From positions 434,001 to 498,000 of the forward strand of contig OZ251241.1 of assembly GCA_965240325.2 (NCBI GenBank): DNA of 64,000 bases, given 5' to 3'. This DNA is from Rebecca billardiae RCC1528 (Eukaryota; Protista; Haptophyta). This document shows positions 1-12,726 of this stretch, one piece after another. Position 1 is the stretch's first letter. Each line of letters opens with the position of its first letter. The position numbers and the translations under genes were made by a program. Under the pieces are notes generated by a model. The model searched no databases, had not been told where the DNA came from, and was given only the letters and a program-made list of their open reading frames with translations.

Positions 1-3000
1 GCAGGCCCCGCGTATGTGTACGAGACGGACGTCTCGCCGCGGCTGCCCGACGACCCGCGCATCGTGATCGTCGGCGCGGGCCCCACCGGCCTGTGCGCCG
101 CGTACCGGCTCAAGGAGCTGGGGTACACCAACTGGCAGCTCATCGACAAGGGCAAGAGCGCGGGCGGCCTGGCCACGTCCATCACCGACCCGAAGGGCTT
201 CACGTGGGACATCGGCGTGCACGTGCTCTTCTCGCACTTCGCCTTCTTCGACGCGCTGCTCGACGAGCACCTCGAGCCGAAGCAGTGGCTGTACCACCAG
301 CGCTGGTCGCCCGCGTGGATGCGCAACCGGTGCGCGCGCCGCCGCGCGCCGCCGCGCGCGCCGCCGCCCGGCCGCGCGCCGCCGTCGGCGCCGCGGCGCG
401 CGCTGAGCGCGGTGGTGCCCCGCTGCCATCGGCGCGGCGCTGTGTGTGTGCGCGCGCGCGCGCGCGCGGCACCAGCTGGGTGGGCTACCCGATCCAGGCG
501 AACGTGTGGCGGCTGCCCGAGGAGGAGGTGGCGGAGATCCTCACTGACCTCTCGCAGCTCAAGCCCGACCCGACGGCACAGCCCCGCAACTTTCTTGAGT
601 GGTGCGGCGCGCGCGCTGCGAAGGAGCGTGCGGCGCACGCGCGCGCGCACACACGCGCGAGACGGTGACGCGCGCGCGCGTGCGCGCCCCCCTGCCCCGC
701 GCGCGGCTGCCAGGCTGCACAACGGCTTCGGCAAGGCGCTGACCAAGACGTTCATGGCGCCATACAACTTCAAGGTGTGGGCACACCCGCCCGAGCAGCT
801 CAACACGATCTGGGTGGGCGAGCGCGTCGCGACGATCAAGTTCCAGGACATTCTGAGCAACGTGATCGCGCGCAAGGTGCGCGGCGCGGCACGCCCGCGC
901 GCCGCGCCAACCGCCGCGCCCGCCCGCGCCCTGCTCACGAGCGCGCCGCGCGCGTGCGGCCGCGCCCCGCTCGCTGCTGCGCCCGTGCCTGCGCTGCGCC
1001 CTCGCTCCGTGCGCCGCAGGACGCGCCGGCGTGGGGCCCGAACGCGCAGTTCCGGTACCCGATGAACGGCACAGGCCACATCTGGGAGGCGGTCTTCAAG
1101 ACGCTGCCGTGGGAGAACATCCGGATGGGCGCCGAGATGTCGACGGTGCACGCGCCGCCCGCGGCCGAGGGCGTGGCGACGCCGCGCGCGGGCGAGAAGG
1201 GCGCGCGCCACATCAAGCTGGCCGACGGCTCGTCCATCGAGTTCGACGCGCTCGTGAGCACCGTGCCCGTCGACCGGCTGCTCAAGAGTGGATTCCCCGA
1301 CGACCCCGTCATGCCCAAGCTCGCCGAGGGCGACGACAAGTTCAAGCACCAGGTGAGGCCGCGCGCGCCCTGCCGGGGCCCGGCGCGCTGCGGGCGCCCA
1401 GCGCCGCATGTGTCGCGAGTGCCGCCTGCGCGGTCTCGCGCCTCGCGGCGTGCACGGCTGTGGGCGCGGCCACGCGCCGGGCGAGGCTCGGCTCGCGCCG
1501 CCGCGCGGCGCGCCCCGCGCTCACGCCCCCGGCCCGCGCCCGCCCGTGCGCCCCCTGTGCCGCGCAGACCGTCAACTTGGTGGGCGTGGGCATCGCCGGC
1601 CAGCCGCCCGCCAAGCTGAACGGCGTGCACTGGGTCTACTTCCCCGAGGAGGAGTTCCCCTTCTACCGCGTGACGGTGCTCTCCAACTTCTCACCGCTCG
1701 TCGTGCCCAAGCCGTTCGAGCAGTGGTCGCTGCTCGTCGAGGTCTCCGAGTCCAAGTGCGCGGCGGCTGCGCGCACGGCGCCGCGCGCCGCGCACGGCGC
1801 GCGAGGCCGCGCGCGCCACGCGGCGCGGTAGCGGTGCCGGCCTCACCCCGCGGCCGCCGCCGCCGCCCCGCGCCACCTCGACGGGCGCAGGTACCGCGAG
1901 GTGCCCAAGAGCGCGGCCGAGCTCGAGCAGAAGGTGGTCGACGGGCTGCGCCGCGCGACGATGCTGCCGGCTGACGCGCAGATTGACTCCGTCTGGTAAG
2001 GGCTGCACGCGGGCTGCACGCCTTGCGCGCGCACCGCGCACCGCACCGCACCGCGCACCGCACCGCCCGCTGGCCGCTCGGCGCCGCCCGGCGGCCCGCC
2101 CGCTCACGCCGGCGCCGCCCCCCCTGCGCGCCGCTCCCGCGCGCGCTCGCAGGTCGACGCGCCTCGAGTACGGCTACCCCGTGCCGTACGTCGAGCGCAA
2201 CATGCACATGCACATCGCGGACGAGGAGCTGCGCAGGCGCGGCATCTGGAGCCGCGGCCGGTTCGGCTCGTGGAAGTACGAGGTGCGAGGAGGGGCGCGC
2301 GAGCGCACGGCGGGCGAGCGCCGGCGTGCGCTGCGCGGCGAGCGCGCGGCGGCCGCGCGCCACCCTCAACCGCGCCCCCACCCGCGGCCCCGACCGCGGC
2401 CGGTGCGGCGCGTGCGACAGGTCGCGAACCAAGACCACTCGTGCATGCTGGGCGTGGACGCGATCGACGCGATCCTCTTCGGCGGCAACGACGAGGGCAT
2501 CGAGGCCACGTTCAACTCGCCCAGCAAGGTGAGCGGGCACGGTGCCCAGCGGGCGCGCGCGCGCGGGCGGGGGCGTGCGCGCGCGTGGGTGCGCCGTGCG
2601 CGCGGCGCCGCTCAGCCCGCGCCGCGCGCGCCGCCCCGTCCGCGCGCGCCCTCCCTCGCTCGCAGGTGAACAACAAGTACCGGCCGTACGACCGCGACGC
2701 GGACACAAACCCGGCGCAGCTGCTCGCCAAGGCGAAGCCGCACAAGGGCGGCGTGCCGCGGCGGCACACGCGCTTCGACAAGCCGCGCACGATGCTGACC
2801 CCGCTGCCGACGTGGGCGGCGGTCGCGTGGCACTGTCGCGAGGAGGACGGGCCGTGGTCGCAGGCGTTCAAGAACGCCGTGCCCGACTCGCGCTCGCCGC
2901 TCGGCCGCACCAAGTTCTTCATCTACTCCTACGAGCGGTGCGCGCGCGGCGCACGCGCGCACGCACGCATGCGGCGCGGCGCGGCAGCGCGAGCAAGCGC

Positions 3001-4146
3001 GAGCGGGCGCGCCGCCGCGCGCTCACGCGCCCCGCGGCGGCGGCGGCGGCGGCGGCGCGCGCGCGCCCGCCCGCGCTCGCAGCTGCGGGCTCGCCGACAC
3101 CAAGCGCCCGGCGAACGCGATGCTGCACGAGGGGCTGCACCACCTCGACCGCGTGCCGTACGCCACGCCGCCGACCAACGTATCTGCACTCGCGCACCAC
3201 GTGGCCACGCACTACGACACGCTGCCCGACCGGCTGCTGTTCGTGAGGTGCGCGCCGCGCGCCGCGCGCCGCGCCGCACGCGCCGCGCGCGCCGCCGACG
3301 CGGCCCCGCGCGCGCCGCGCGCCCCCCCCCCCCGCGCGCAGGCCCGGGCGGATGTCTGCGGACCGGCTGCCGCCGTCCGTGCGCGAGCCACTCGCCAACA
3401 TCGCCGGCCGGCCGCTGCTCGTCGTGCCGGCCGCGTCTCAGCGCGGCGAGAAGCTCGAGGCGGTGGACGGCGACCTGCCCGCGGCCCTCTGCCCCGTGTA
3501 CCGCGCGGTGCTCGGCGTGGCCGACTGCCCGAAGCGCGTCGCGCTCACGACGGGGTGGGCCGTGCTCGGCGCGAGCCGCGAGCGGCTGCGCGCGGTGCCC
3601 AAGGAGCGGTGGGAGGCGATCGTCAAGGTGCTCGCCGAGCTGGGCGCGCGCGGCGCCGCCTCGACGGACGGGCACGCCGCCGCGCTCGTCGAGAAGTTCG
3701 TGCTCGGGCTGTGGCCGCAGCTGCTGGGCGGGCGCGCGCAGCCCACGGCGGCCGAGCTGCTCGTGCCAGCCGAGGCGCCGGCGGGCGGCTCGCGCGGCGG
3801 CGCGGCGGCGCACGCGCCCGCGCACAAGCACGCGCTGCCGGCCGAGGCGCAGCCAAGGCCGCACCCTGCGCTGCAGCTCGAGCCGACCGCGCAGCCGGCG
3901 GCGGCGGCGGCAGCGCCCGAGCCCGCGGCGCAGCCCGCGGCGCAGCCGGCGGCGGCGGCGGCGCAAGCGCAGCCGGCGGCGGCGGCGGCGGCCCAGCCGG
4001 CCGCACAGCAGCAGCCGGCGGCGGCGGCGGCGGCGGCAGAGCGGCCCGCGGCGGAGCAGCCGGCAGCGCAGCCGGCGGCGGAGGCGGCGGATGCCGCCGG
4101 TGCCGTCACACAAGCGGACGCCGCCGCGGGCGGGACCTCGTCCTGA
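1..4146 (+). CDS. glf: UDP-galactopyranose mutase (eukaryotic type) with C-terminal DUF3431-like domain and Ala/Pro/Gln-rich tail; 5' end lies upstream of the window
   Basis: Exons ~5-329, 476-601, 714-876, 1020-1352, 1568-1755, 1891-1995, 2153-2282, 2421-2528, 2666-2937, 3083-3247, 3342-4146, all GT-AG and phase-consistent. Motifs: FAD-binding GAGPTG, GGLATS..GFTWDIGVHVLFSH, YNFKVWA, WVGERVA, WGPNAQFRYP, FYRVTVLSNFS, YGYPVP and [22 protein letters not shown], all typical of fungal/trypanosomatid UGM. Confidence 0.9.
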
Positions 4147-5453
4147 GCCGGCGCGAGCCGCGGGGACGTGCGACCTCTCGTGATCGGCGGCAGAGCGCGG
4201 AACCCTGCTCCTAGGCCGTGGCCGGGCGCGCCGTCAGTGCCGCGTCTGCGCACAGGCACCGACTCGGACTCACCGCGAAGTGCCGCCGACTGAGCCTGTC
4301 GGCTGTCTGCCAGTCAACCGGTCAGGCCGGCTCACGGCTGTGCCTGACGCCTGTCATTGGCCGCGGAGTCGCCACGCACTGTCACTGTAACTCCCGTGGC
4401 CGTGCGGCGGCCGCCGCCGGTCCGGTCACTACTGACTCCGAGTCCGCATCCGGGGCGGGCGCGGGCCGAACCGAGCTGCGCCATACGGTCGTATTATGAA
4501 GTGCCGAGCAGTCTTCAGAAACGGCCGATGGGCCCTGACTGGCACTCCTCCGAGTCGATCGTCCGCGCTCCGCCGGCCGGGGGGGGCGCCGCCGGGGAGT
4601 GTACGACTTATTTATCGTCGGGGCAGCGCGGCTCGGACCGACACTCTCGGACCGGGTGGCTCACCGTCCGCCGCCGATTCTCTCGGACTCACGGGGTGCG
4701 CGTGCGATGGCGGGCGCGGCGTGGTCGGACACGTGCGCGGAGAGGGGAACGCGGACTGTGTTTACACCCGCGGAGCCGCCGGCAAGTGCACCGGACAGCG
4801 AGCGGGTGCACTCGACCCGAAATGCCCGCTCTGCACCTGTCGCACACTCAAATGAGAAAATCGCACGCGCATCCGCGGCCTGCACGGGCGCCGCCATCGC
4901 CGTGCGCATTTCGCGCGCAGGTGTTGAGATCACATCGCACCCGCACTGTGTTTACACCCTCAGACTCAGAGGAGTGTGCGACCATGTAGCCGTGTCGCAC
5001 AATGCCGTGGCACGGCTCATGTCACTGAATGATGGCGGATCCCCCATACACCATTGCACCCTGAACTTTGGTGTTTTGCGGTGATCAAGGGATTCAAGGT
5101 CTGGATAATGAAGCGTTGCTGACTATATTAATCGTTGACGAACTGGGACGATCGCATGTTACTGCACTACTTTACGGGTAGTGCTGTCGATAAGGAATGC
5201 AATTAATGTAAGTATGATTGTTGTATTGAATCGTGAGAATATTGGGGAAATGTAACAGTAATGTAATGATGATGAGAAGATTTGTTGTCAGATGTATATC
5301 TCTGCGCCCATTTGAATATATCGTTATCCTTTCATTAACGATGCGGACTACCGGATGGGTGATAATTGTGTTTTTGACGTGGCCGCTCATAGGCGATGCG
5401 CAAACAATCCAAACATCAGTACGGTAATAGGCGCCACTGCTAACCACGCAGTC

Positions 5454-8400
5454 ATGACGAAATTCGCCTCCGTTGCAGCCCGAACCCCTGATCAAGAGCA
5501 TCGCGGGACTGCCTCACAGCCCGTGCATCTGCGCACGCCGCGTGGCAAGGCGACCTGCGGCACGATGCAGCGCGCACCGCACCCGAGCACCAACCTTGTG
5601 ATCGTCACGGATCCGGGGCCAGACCCAGATGACGTCAAAGGTGCAAGCGCTGGCCCCAACCACGCGCGCGCTTTCACGGCGCGCGTGTCACCCGCCACGT
5701 CCTCGTGGGCGCCTGCGCTGACGAGGTGTTGCGCGCCACCCCGTCACGCACCCGCGTCCCGCCTTGGCGCAGCTATCCTCGTCGCGGCAGCCCTCCACAG
5801 ACGCGACAAGCTCCAGCTGCGCGCCGTCATCGCCAATGGCGGCGGACAAGCTGAGCGGCGCGCGTGCCTCGCCCGCCTGCTGCTCGACCGGCTCGGTGCG
5901 ACCGACGTGCCCGTCGGCGTGGGCACGCCTGGGCGCGATTACGACGCGCAGCCGCACGAGTTCCGGCTGAGCGGCGTGGACGACGTCGACCGGGAGCGGC
6001 TGGAGGACGGCGCGGCGCTCTTTGAGCGCACGCTCCTCGAGATGCCCCCGGCGTCCGTCACGGTCGTGTGCATCAGCAGCCTGCGCGATTTCGCCGACCA
6101 GATCCGAGGCAACGCGGAGCTCGTGCTCAGCCGGGTGTGCGAGGTGGCGATTCAGGGCGGGCTTGAGCTGGACTCCGAGGGCAAGTGGGTGCCCGACACG
6201 TCGGTGAACAACGGTGCGTGCCTGCCGGACTCCGGCCCCGGCTCGCAGACTGCGCGCGCGTCGTCTCATGCGCGCTCACATGCCGCCCGACGCTGCGCGC
6301 CGCGCGCGCGCCGCGCAGGCTTTGACATGGAGGGCGCGGCCGAGGTGTACAGCTTCTGCCTGGCGCACGGCATGGCACTCTCCGTCGTGTCCCGCAACGC
6401 CGTGCCGCTCCTGCCCATGCAGGTGCGCACCGCGCTCGGCCGGCGCGCGCGCGCGCGCGCCCGGCACGCTCGCCCTGCTGCTGCGCAGCGTTGGGCGCTG
6501 CGCTGAGCTGACCAGCGCGCGCGCGCTCCCTCCACGCACCGCCACTCCCGCGCGCGTGGTGCGAGCACAGCTCGCGCGCAGCTTCGCGACGCGCACGTCC
6601 GACGAGGTGATGAGCTACCTGGCCGACGCGCAGTTCCTCGGCCTCGAGGGCCTCTGGCAGAAGCTGTGCGCGGGCAAGCTGCCCGCGCGCTGCTCCAAGC
6701 AGTGGTACTTTGAGACCTTCTGCGGTGTGGGCGACGACAGCGCGTACGAGGCGGGCGGGTACGAGCAGCTCGGTGGCGACGCCGACATCGTGAGCCACCT
6801 CGCGGGTTCCGTCAAGCCGTACGATGTGGTCGCGCTCATGACCGTGCTGCCGCAGACGCGCAACGACTTCCCACCCGCGCTGATCGTGCCGCAGGCCGCG
6901 CCGCCGCGGCCGCCCGAGGTGGCGAAAGCCAGCGCGACGAGCTCGCCGGCCATGTCGCTGCGCTCCGGTGGCTCGCCCGCGATGCTCCTCCGCTCCGGGG
7001 GGGGCTCGCCGCACACGGCCCCCCGCTCCGGCCCGAGTCCGTCCACCCGCCGCCGCGGGCGTGTCTCCTCGACCACGCCGGCGCCCTCTCAGCGGCTGTA
7101 CATCTGTCCCGAGCACTGCATCGACGTGTCACACGTGCTCCGGCTGCTGCGGGACACCTACCACGAGGTGGTGCTGCTCGCGCACGACGCGGCGACGGCG
7201 GGCGCGCCCGGGCCCGGTGGGCACCGTCCCACGCCGGACTCAACGGGTGCGTCCCCGCTGGGGGACCCGGAGCGAGGCGAGCGCGGCGCCGTCGCGGCCG
7301 AGGGTGGCCGAGGGCGGTCATCGTCCACCGTGCTGCAGCCTGCGGACGCGCTGCTTGCACTGCGTGCCGGTGTAGGGGCGCCGCCGCCCGTGGAGCGGCT
7401 GTCGTCCGGCGCGTCGCTCGAGGAGCACTCGCTCGAGCATCGCCCGCGGAAGAAGCGCCACCTGACTGCGCCCGGGCTCATTCGGCAGGCCACGGCCCCG
7501 GCCGCGCCGCACGCGGGCGCCGCGCCCGAGCCGCCGCCCGCGGCCCGCTCGCGCTCCGACGCGGCGCCACCAGACCATCCGATCGGCGAGGAGGAGGAGG
7601 AGGAAGAGGACTTCGTGCCGCCGCGGCGAGGTCGGCTCCACACGTGGGCCGGCCCCGCCGAACGGCTCACCGGCAGCCCGGCGTCGCGCATCACACGGGC
7701 TGCCGCGCTGGATGGTGGCGACGCGGCCGAGGCCGGCGGCGCTGCGCCGCTCGAACCAGGCAGCGCGCCGCAAGCGCTGCCGGCTGTGCGCTCCTCCGAA
7801 GGGATGCGCTCCTCGGCTGGGTCGCGCTCCTCCGGTGGCGCGGACGGCGTGAGCGAGCCGCGCGCATCAGGTGGCGCGCGCGAGCGCCTCGCGAGCGCTG
7901 TGCAGAGCCTCGGCACGCGCCACGTCACTCCACCCGCAGAGTCGGGCGCGGCTGGCGGCGCCCAGCCTGCGGACGGCGCGCTCGCGCTCGGCGCGCGCAC
8001 GCTCGAGCGGCAGGCGGAGCTGATCGGCCTGCTCGAAGGCGTGATCGCCGACGTGTCTCGCGCGCAGCGCCGGGTCTCGACCGCGCTCGCGCTGGCGGGC
8101 CTCGTGCTGCTCACCAGCACGTTTGGCATCTACGCCGGCCGCGGCCAGGGCCTGGGCGGGCCCTACACCACAGGCGTGCTCGTGCTGCAGCTGGACGCGC
8201 TGAGCGTGTGCTACTCGGCGGGCATCATGCTCGCGCTGCTGGGGCTGCAGCCGACGCGCAGCTTCGCGACGCCCACGCGCATCGCCGCGCTGCTGCTCTC
8301 CACGATCTACGCGCTCACCTGCGGCATCGCCTGCTCGCGCGTGCTCACCGCCGCCGCGTCGGACAACCCGCGCATCTCGGGCGCGGGCATCGGCGGCCCC

Positions 8401-9834
8401 GAGGTGGCGAACTTCTCGGCCGCGCGGTACGGCATCCGGTGGGAGGACCTGTGGGTGGCGGCGGTCTCGCTGCTGTGCCTGGCGTACGCGTCTCGCGCGC
8501 TGCTGCGGAGCGTGTGCGGCGCGCAGCGGCACGCGCGCGCGCTGCTGCGCGCTCTCGAGCTCGTGGTGGGCGTGAGCACGGCGACCGAGCTGCTGGGCGT
8601 GGCGGTGCGGCGCACGGTGCTCGGCTGGACGTACGCCCCCGCGCTGCCGCTGCTGATACTCGCGACCTGGACGCGCACGCTGGTCAAGGGCGCGATCGCG
8701 TACGTGCTGCTCCGGCCGAGCGCGCGCGCGCACGTGCGGCGGCAGGTGGCGCGCTGCCTCTATCCCGTGGCTGATCACGCCGACGGCCCCAAGGCGGTGT
8801 CGCCGCACACCACGGCGGCGCTCGCGCCCCTCGCCGGCTTTGGCACGCGCGGCAAGGCGAGCGTCTCGGCCGCGGCCGCCTCGACCTCGCCCGAGGCCAG
8901 CCAGCTCGAGCTCGCAGTCCGCTCGGCGTACGCCAGCTTCCGTGCGGTCGAGCTGAACAGCGCGCTCACCCTGGCGGCGGTGCGCGCGGCGTGGGAGCGC
9001 GAATCTCCGGGCGCGGCGGCCGACGGGGCGGGCAAGGGCCCGGCAGGCAGCTTCACGCGGCGGCGCAGCTGGCGCGTCACGCCGAGCAGCAGCGCGCGCG
9101 TCTCGCACGACCTGGAGGCGTCCGTCGACGCCGACACGCCGCCAACAGAGCCCACGTTTGCGACGCACGCGATCGTCGCCGTCGAGCCGGGCGCCGACAT
9201 GGTGGCCGTGGGCGGCGCAGCCGCGGCCGAGGGCTTTGGCGCGGATGTGTTTGTGGTGCACGCGCACGCCGACGACCCGGCGGCCAAGGCGGAGGCGCTC
9301 CGCGCGTGGGCCGCGCGCGAGCAGGTGGGCTCGTCGCCGCTGAGCGCGTGGATCGACTCGGTGTGCGTCGACACGGAGGCCGTGCCCGAGCCCGATCGGC
9401 TGATGCACGCGCTCGTCAGCATGCACCAGTGCCGCCGGCTGCTGCTGCTCACCGGGCCGGCGTTTGCCGACTCGCTGGCGTGCGCGACCGCCGTGCACTC
9501 GTGGAAGTGCCTGGGCCGCTCGCTCGAGGACGTCAGCGTGGCGCTCGTCGTCCCCGAGGGCAGCGGCGCGGGCGCGTCCGCCATCGAGCAGCAGATCATC
9601 GCCTCGTTCGACGCGTTCGCGGTCATGTACTGCGCGCTGCCCCGCTCTGAGGAGGACGCGGCGAGGCAAGTTCACGCCGTCGAGCTCGCGTCGCCCTCGG
9701 CGTATAACGAGGCGATGCGCGCTTGCGTGCCGCTCGTCTCGGCCGCGGTGGCAGCGGCGCAGGCCGAGCGGCGCGAGACGGGAGGCGCCACGACGATGAG
9801 CGGCGCAGCGCACCCTGGGCTCGCTGCCGAATGA
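5454..9834 (+). CDS. Inosine/uridine nucleoside hydrolase-like domain + low-complexity linker + ~6 TM helices + degenerate TIR-like domain
   Basis: Introns 5641-5772, 6214-6318, 6423-6570; start at ATG 5454 or 5565. NH-like motifs: VIVTDPGPDPDD, NGG, VPVGVG, ISSLRD, IQGG, NNGFD..AAEV, KPYDVVAL. Hydrophobic helices at ~8075-8715. C-terminal DVFVVHAHADD..K..AL..W..WIDSVC..CRRLLLLTGP. Confidence 0.75.
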
Positions 9835-10175
9835 CGCGGCGACGTATCGTACGACGAAAAATTGCTCCTCGTCCGGCGGTCCCGCTGCGGAAGTCATTCA
9901 ATCGGGGGTCGGAAGGGACTCTGCTGCATGGTCCGCTTCAAGGTTATTGACTTCGGCTCGGGGCCAAGACGTAACGGTCTGAAATAAACGGAGCTGGGGG
10001 GGGTGGACCGGAGCCGGAGCCTACTAAGTAGTACTAGTAGGCGCCCCGCGGCCCGCGAATCTGAATATGGCCGACGGGATCGTCACACGAGTCGAACGGC
10101 AGGCAATCGCGGGCAATAATAATACTACGTACGAATAGTCAGCAGCTTAGATGACGACGAGATCTCGTCGTCGAT

Positions 10176-10330
10176 CATCACACACACACATCACACACAC
10201 ACACAGCACACACACACACACACAGCACTACACACACACACACACACCGAGTGAACCGTGTCACACACACACACACACACATATATATAATATATATTAA
10301 ATTATATATATATACATATATATATATTCA
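10176..10330. repeat. Compound microsatellite, (CA)n followed by (TA)n
   Basis: Interrupted cacaca runs at ~10176-10281, then tatata runs to ~10328. Confidence 0.9.
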
Positions 10331-11739
10331 TCGTCACGCGGCTAGTCTCGGTTTCTTAGCGCGGTCTTAGCCGTTCGGTAGCCCGAGCGCCTACGGAGTC
10401 TCAGTGCCTTAGCTAGGTGGCGCACGGGGGGGGGGGGGGCATTAAGACTCCCCGCTGTGAGTCTTTAGGCCTGGCCGGCGTGAGGCCGACGAAAATTTTG
10501 GCCAGGGCCAATTTGGAGCAAATATATGATGGCATGACACTGATTGATGTTGCATGGATGCTGCGGTGCACTGGCGCCGAGGAGTCAGTCATCAGGAGAA
10601 GTCGGGACTTGGCCTGTCCTCGTAGTCAGGGCCGCGCGCCGCGTCCCACGGGCACTGCGCCTCGGCGGACCACTCGTCAGCCGCGACGACGTAGTCCCGG
10701 TTTCTTAGTGTGACTATGCGTATAGCGAACCAGCCAATCGCTAGTCTCAGTTTCTAGGCCAGATCCGCAGATAGCAAGCCCCAGTTTCTTCACGTGACAG
10801 CTCCTTATTGCCCGCGATTGCCTGTACCCGTGCCGTGGGCCGGATTCTGATGCGCTGACACTCACTGGATCTCTGTCTCTCCGAGTCTCTGACGAGGCTA
10901 GGTACTACCCGGTACCCCAGGGTACCCCGGTACCCGCTATAGTGCCATAGTCACATAGTCCGAATAGTGGCGCCCCTACTGTACCGCGCGCGGAGACCGA
11001 GTAGTCTGCCGCTGACTACGACGAAGAGCAGGCGATATCCGCTGATCAGACGACACCGGACCGTGTAGCCACCGATTCGCAGGATCCGATTCCGGAGTGC
11101 CAGCTGGTGAGGCCTCACGCCGCCAGCCTCTGAGCAGCCAGCCGCCGCGCCGTAGTCTGCGACCGCGGGCCGTCTACCGACCGGTCTCCGCGTACTCACT
11201 GCTGCCAGTCGGCTGTGACTACACCGTTTCCGCGCGGTCGTACTACTTGATGTAAGTTGTACACTCGACACAGCAATATCAATCATATTGATGTGTCGTG
11301 GCTTCGGCTGCCCTGTGGCGCCGTTGTTAGTTCTCCCGGGAATCCTGCCGCGCGGTCCGCGCCGGCGAAACGCGCACAACTCTGTCTGGGCCGAGGATGT
11401 CCTCGGTGGCCCATCCTGATGAGCATCCGCTGGATTCACCAGCTCACCTGGCGGCCATGCTCCGCGGACTGCGAGCGTGCCATTCGGCCCCCGAGCGACC
11501 GGGACGGGAATGGGATGTCCTCATGATAGTACGCACTTCCGCCGCCGTTTTGACATTGTTTGGCCGTTGCCCGTTGACGGTTGGCGCGCTTTGGGCTTTG
11601 GCTGCCGAAACGCGGGCCGGCCGCCGCGTGCGGAGTTTCCCGGACTGCCGCGCACGAGTGAGAGTGCCCACGGTTGTGAGCGCAGGGTGGCTGCAGTCCC
11701 TGCCGTTGAAGCGGGCGTCGCCGCAGCACGCGCGCCAAG

Positions 11740-12698
11740 ATGACGATGCAGCAGGCGGCACTCAACGATGCGATGCTCGGCGTGACGCAGGAGGCGGTCG
11801 TCCGGAATGTCGAACGAGACCTCGAGGCCGCCGCTGCGCAGGAGGCCGCGCGCCGCGCCGGCCTCGCGGGCGACGAGCAGCTCGAGCACACGGAGGAGGC
11901 GATCGCGGCAGCGAGCCTCGCCGAGCGCGGCGAGGACGGGGAATCGGAGGATGATGATTTTGACGACCCTGCACTCCGTGCCCTTGAACAACGTCGTCTC
12001 GCTCAACTGAAGGCTATGTACGCGCGAGCCGCCACAATGCGCGCGCGCGCGCCATCTCTCACGCACGCTGCGCATCCCGCGCACACGCCGCCCGCAGGAC
12101 GGCGAAGCGGATGGAGAATCAGGCGAAGGGCCACGGCGAGTACCGCGAGATTGTGGAGGACGAGTTCCTCAAGGAGTGCACCTCCTCTGTACGCGTCGTC
12201 GTCCACTTCTTCCACGGCGACTTCGAGCGGTGCAAGATCATGGACAAGCACTTGCGGGTGATCGCGCCCAAGCACGACAGCTGCAAGTTCGTCTCGATCA
12301 ACGCGGACAAGGCGCCCTTCTTCGTGACGAAGCTTGCGATCCGCACGCTGCCGACACTCCTCGTCTTCCACGACGGCGTGTGCAAGGACCGCGTCGTCGG
12401 CTTTGAGGAGCTTGGCGGTGCGCGCGCGGCGCGAGGCGTGAGGCGCTCTCCTTGCCTTTGCGCGCCCCTGCTGCTCACCTCTGCCTCCTGGCGCGCGCGC
12501 GTGCGCCCGGACGACGCAGGCGAGGACGACTTTCCGACGCGCACGCTGGAGGTGCGACTGCATACGGCAGGGGCCATCATGCTCGCGAACAAGAAGAAGA
12601 AGAAGGGCGGTGGCCGCGCGTTCGCGCACGCGGGCACATACTCGGACGAGGAGGACGAGAGCGAACGCTCGGACGACGACGACGACGAGGAGGATTGA
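11740..12698 (+). CDS. TXNDC9: Phosducin-like thioredoxin-domain protein (TXNDC9/PLP3 family)
   Basis: Exons 11740-12017, 12098-12417, 12520-12698. Sequence: LEQRRLAQLK..GHGEYREI..EFLKECTSS.RVVVHFFH.DFERCKIMDKHL..A.KH....F..INADKAPFFVTKL.I..LPTL..F.DG...DRVVGFEELGGEDDF.T..LE. Confidence 0.9.
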
Positions 12699-12726
12699 GT
12701 TGTGCCGCGTGAAACGGGCACGCGCT

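Noticed and set aside
10905-10936. Clustered ggtaccc mini-palindromes
   Set aside because: Too short to assign; no partner terminus found in the window.
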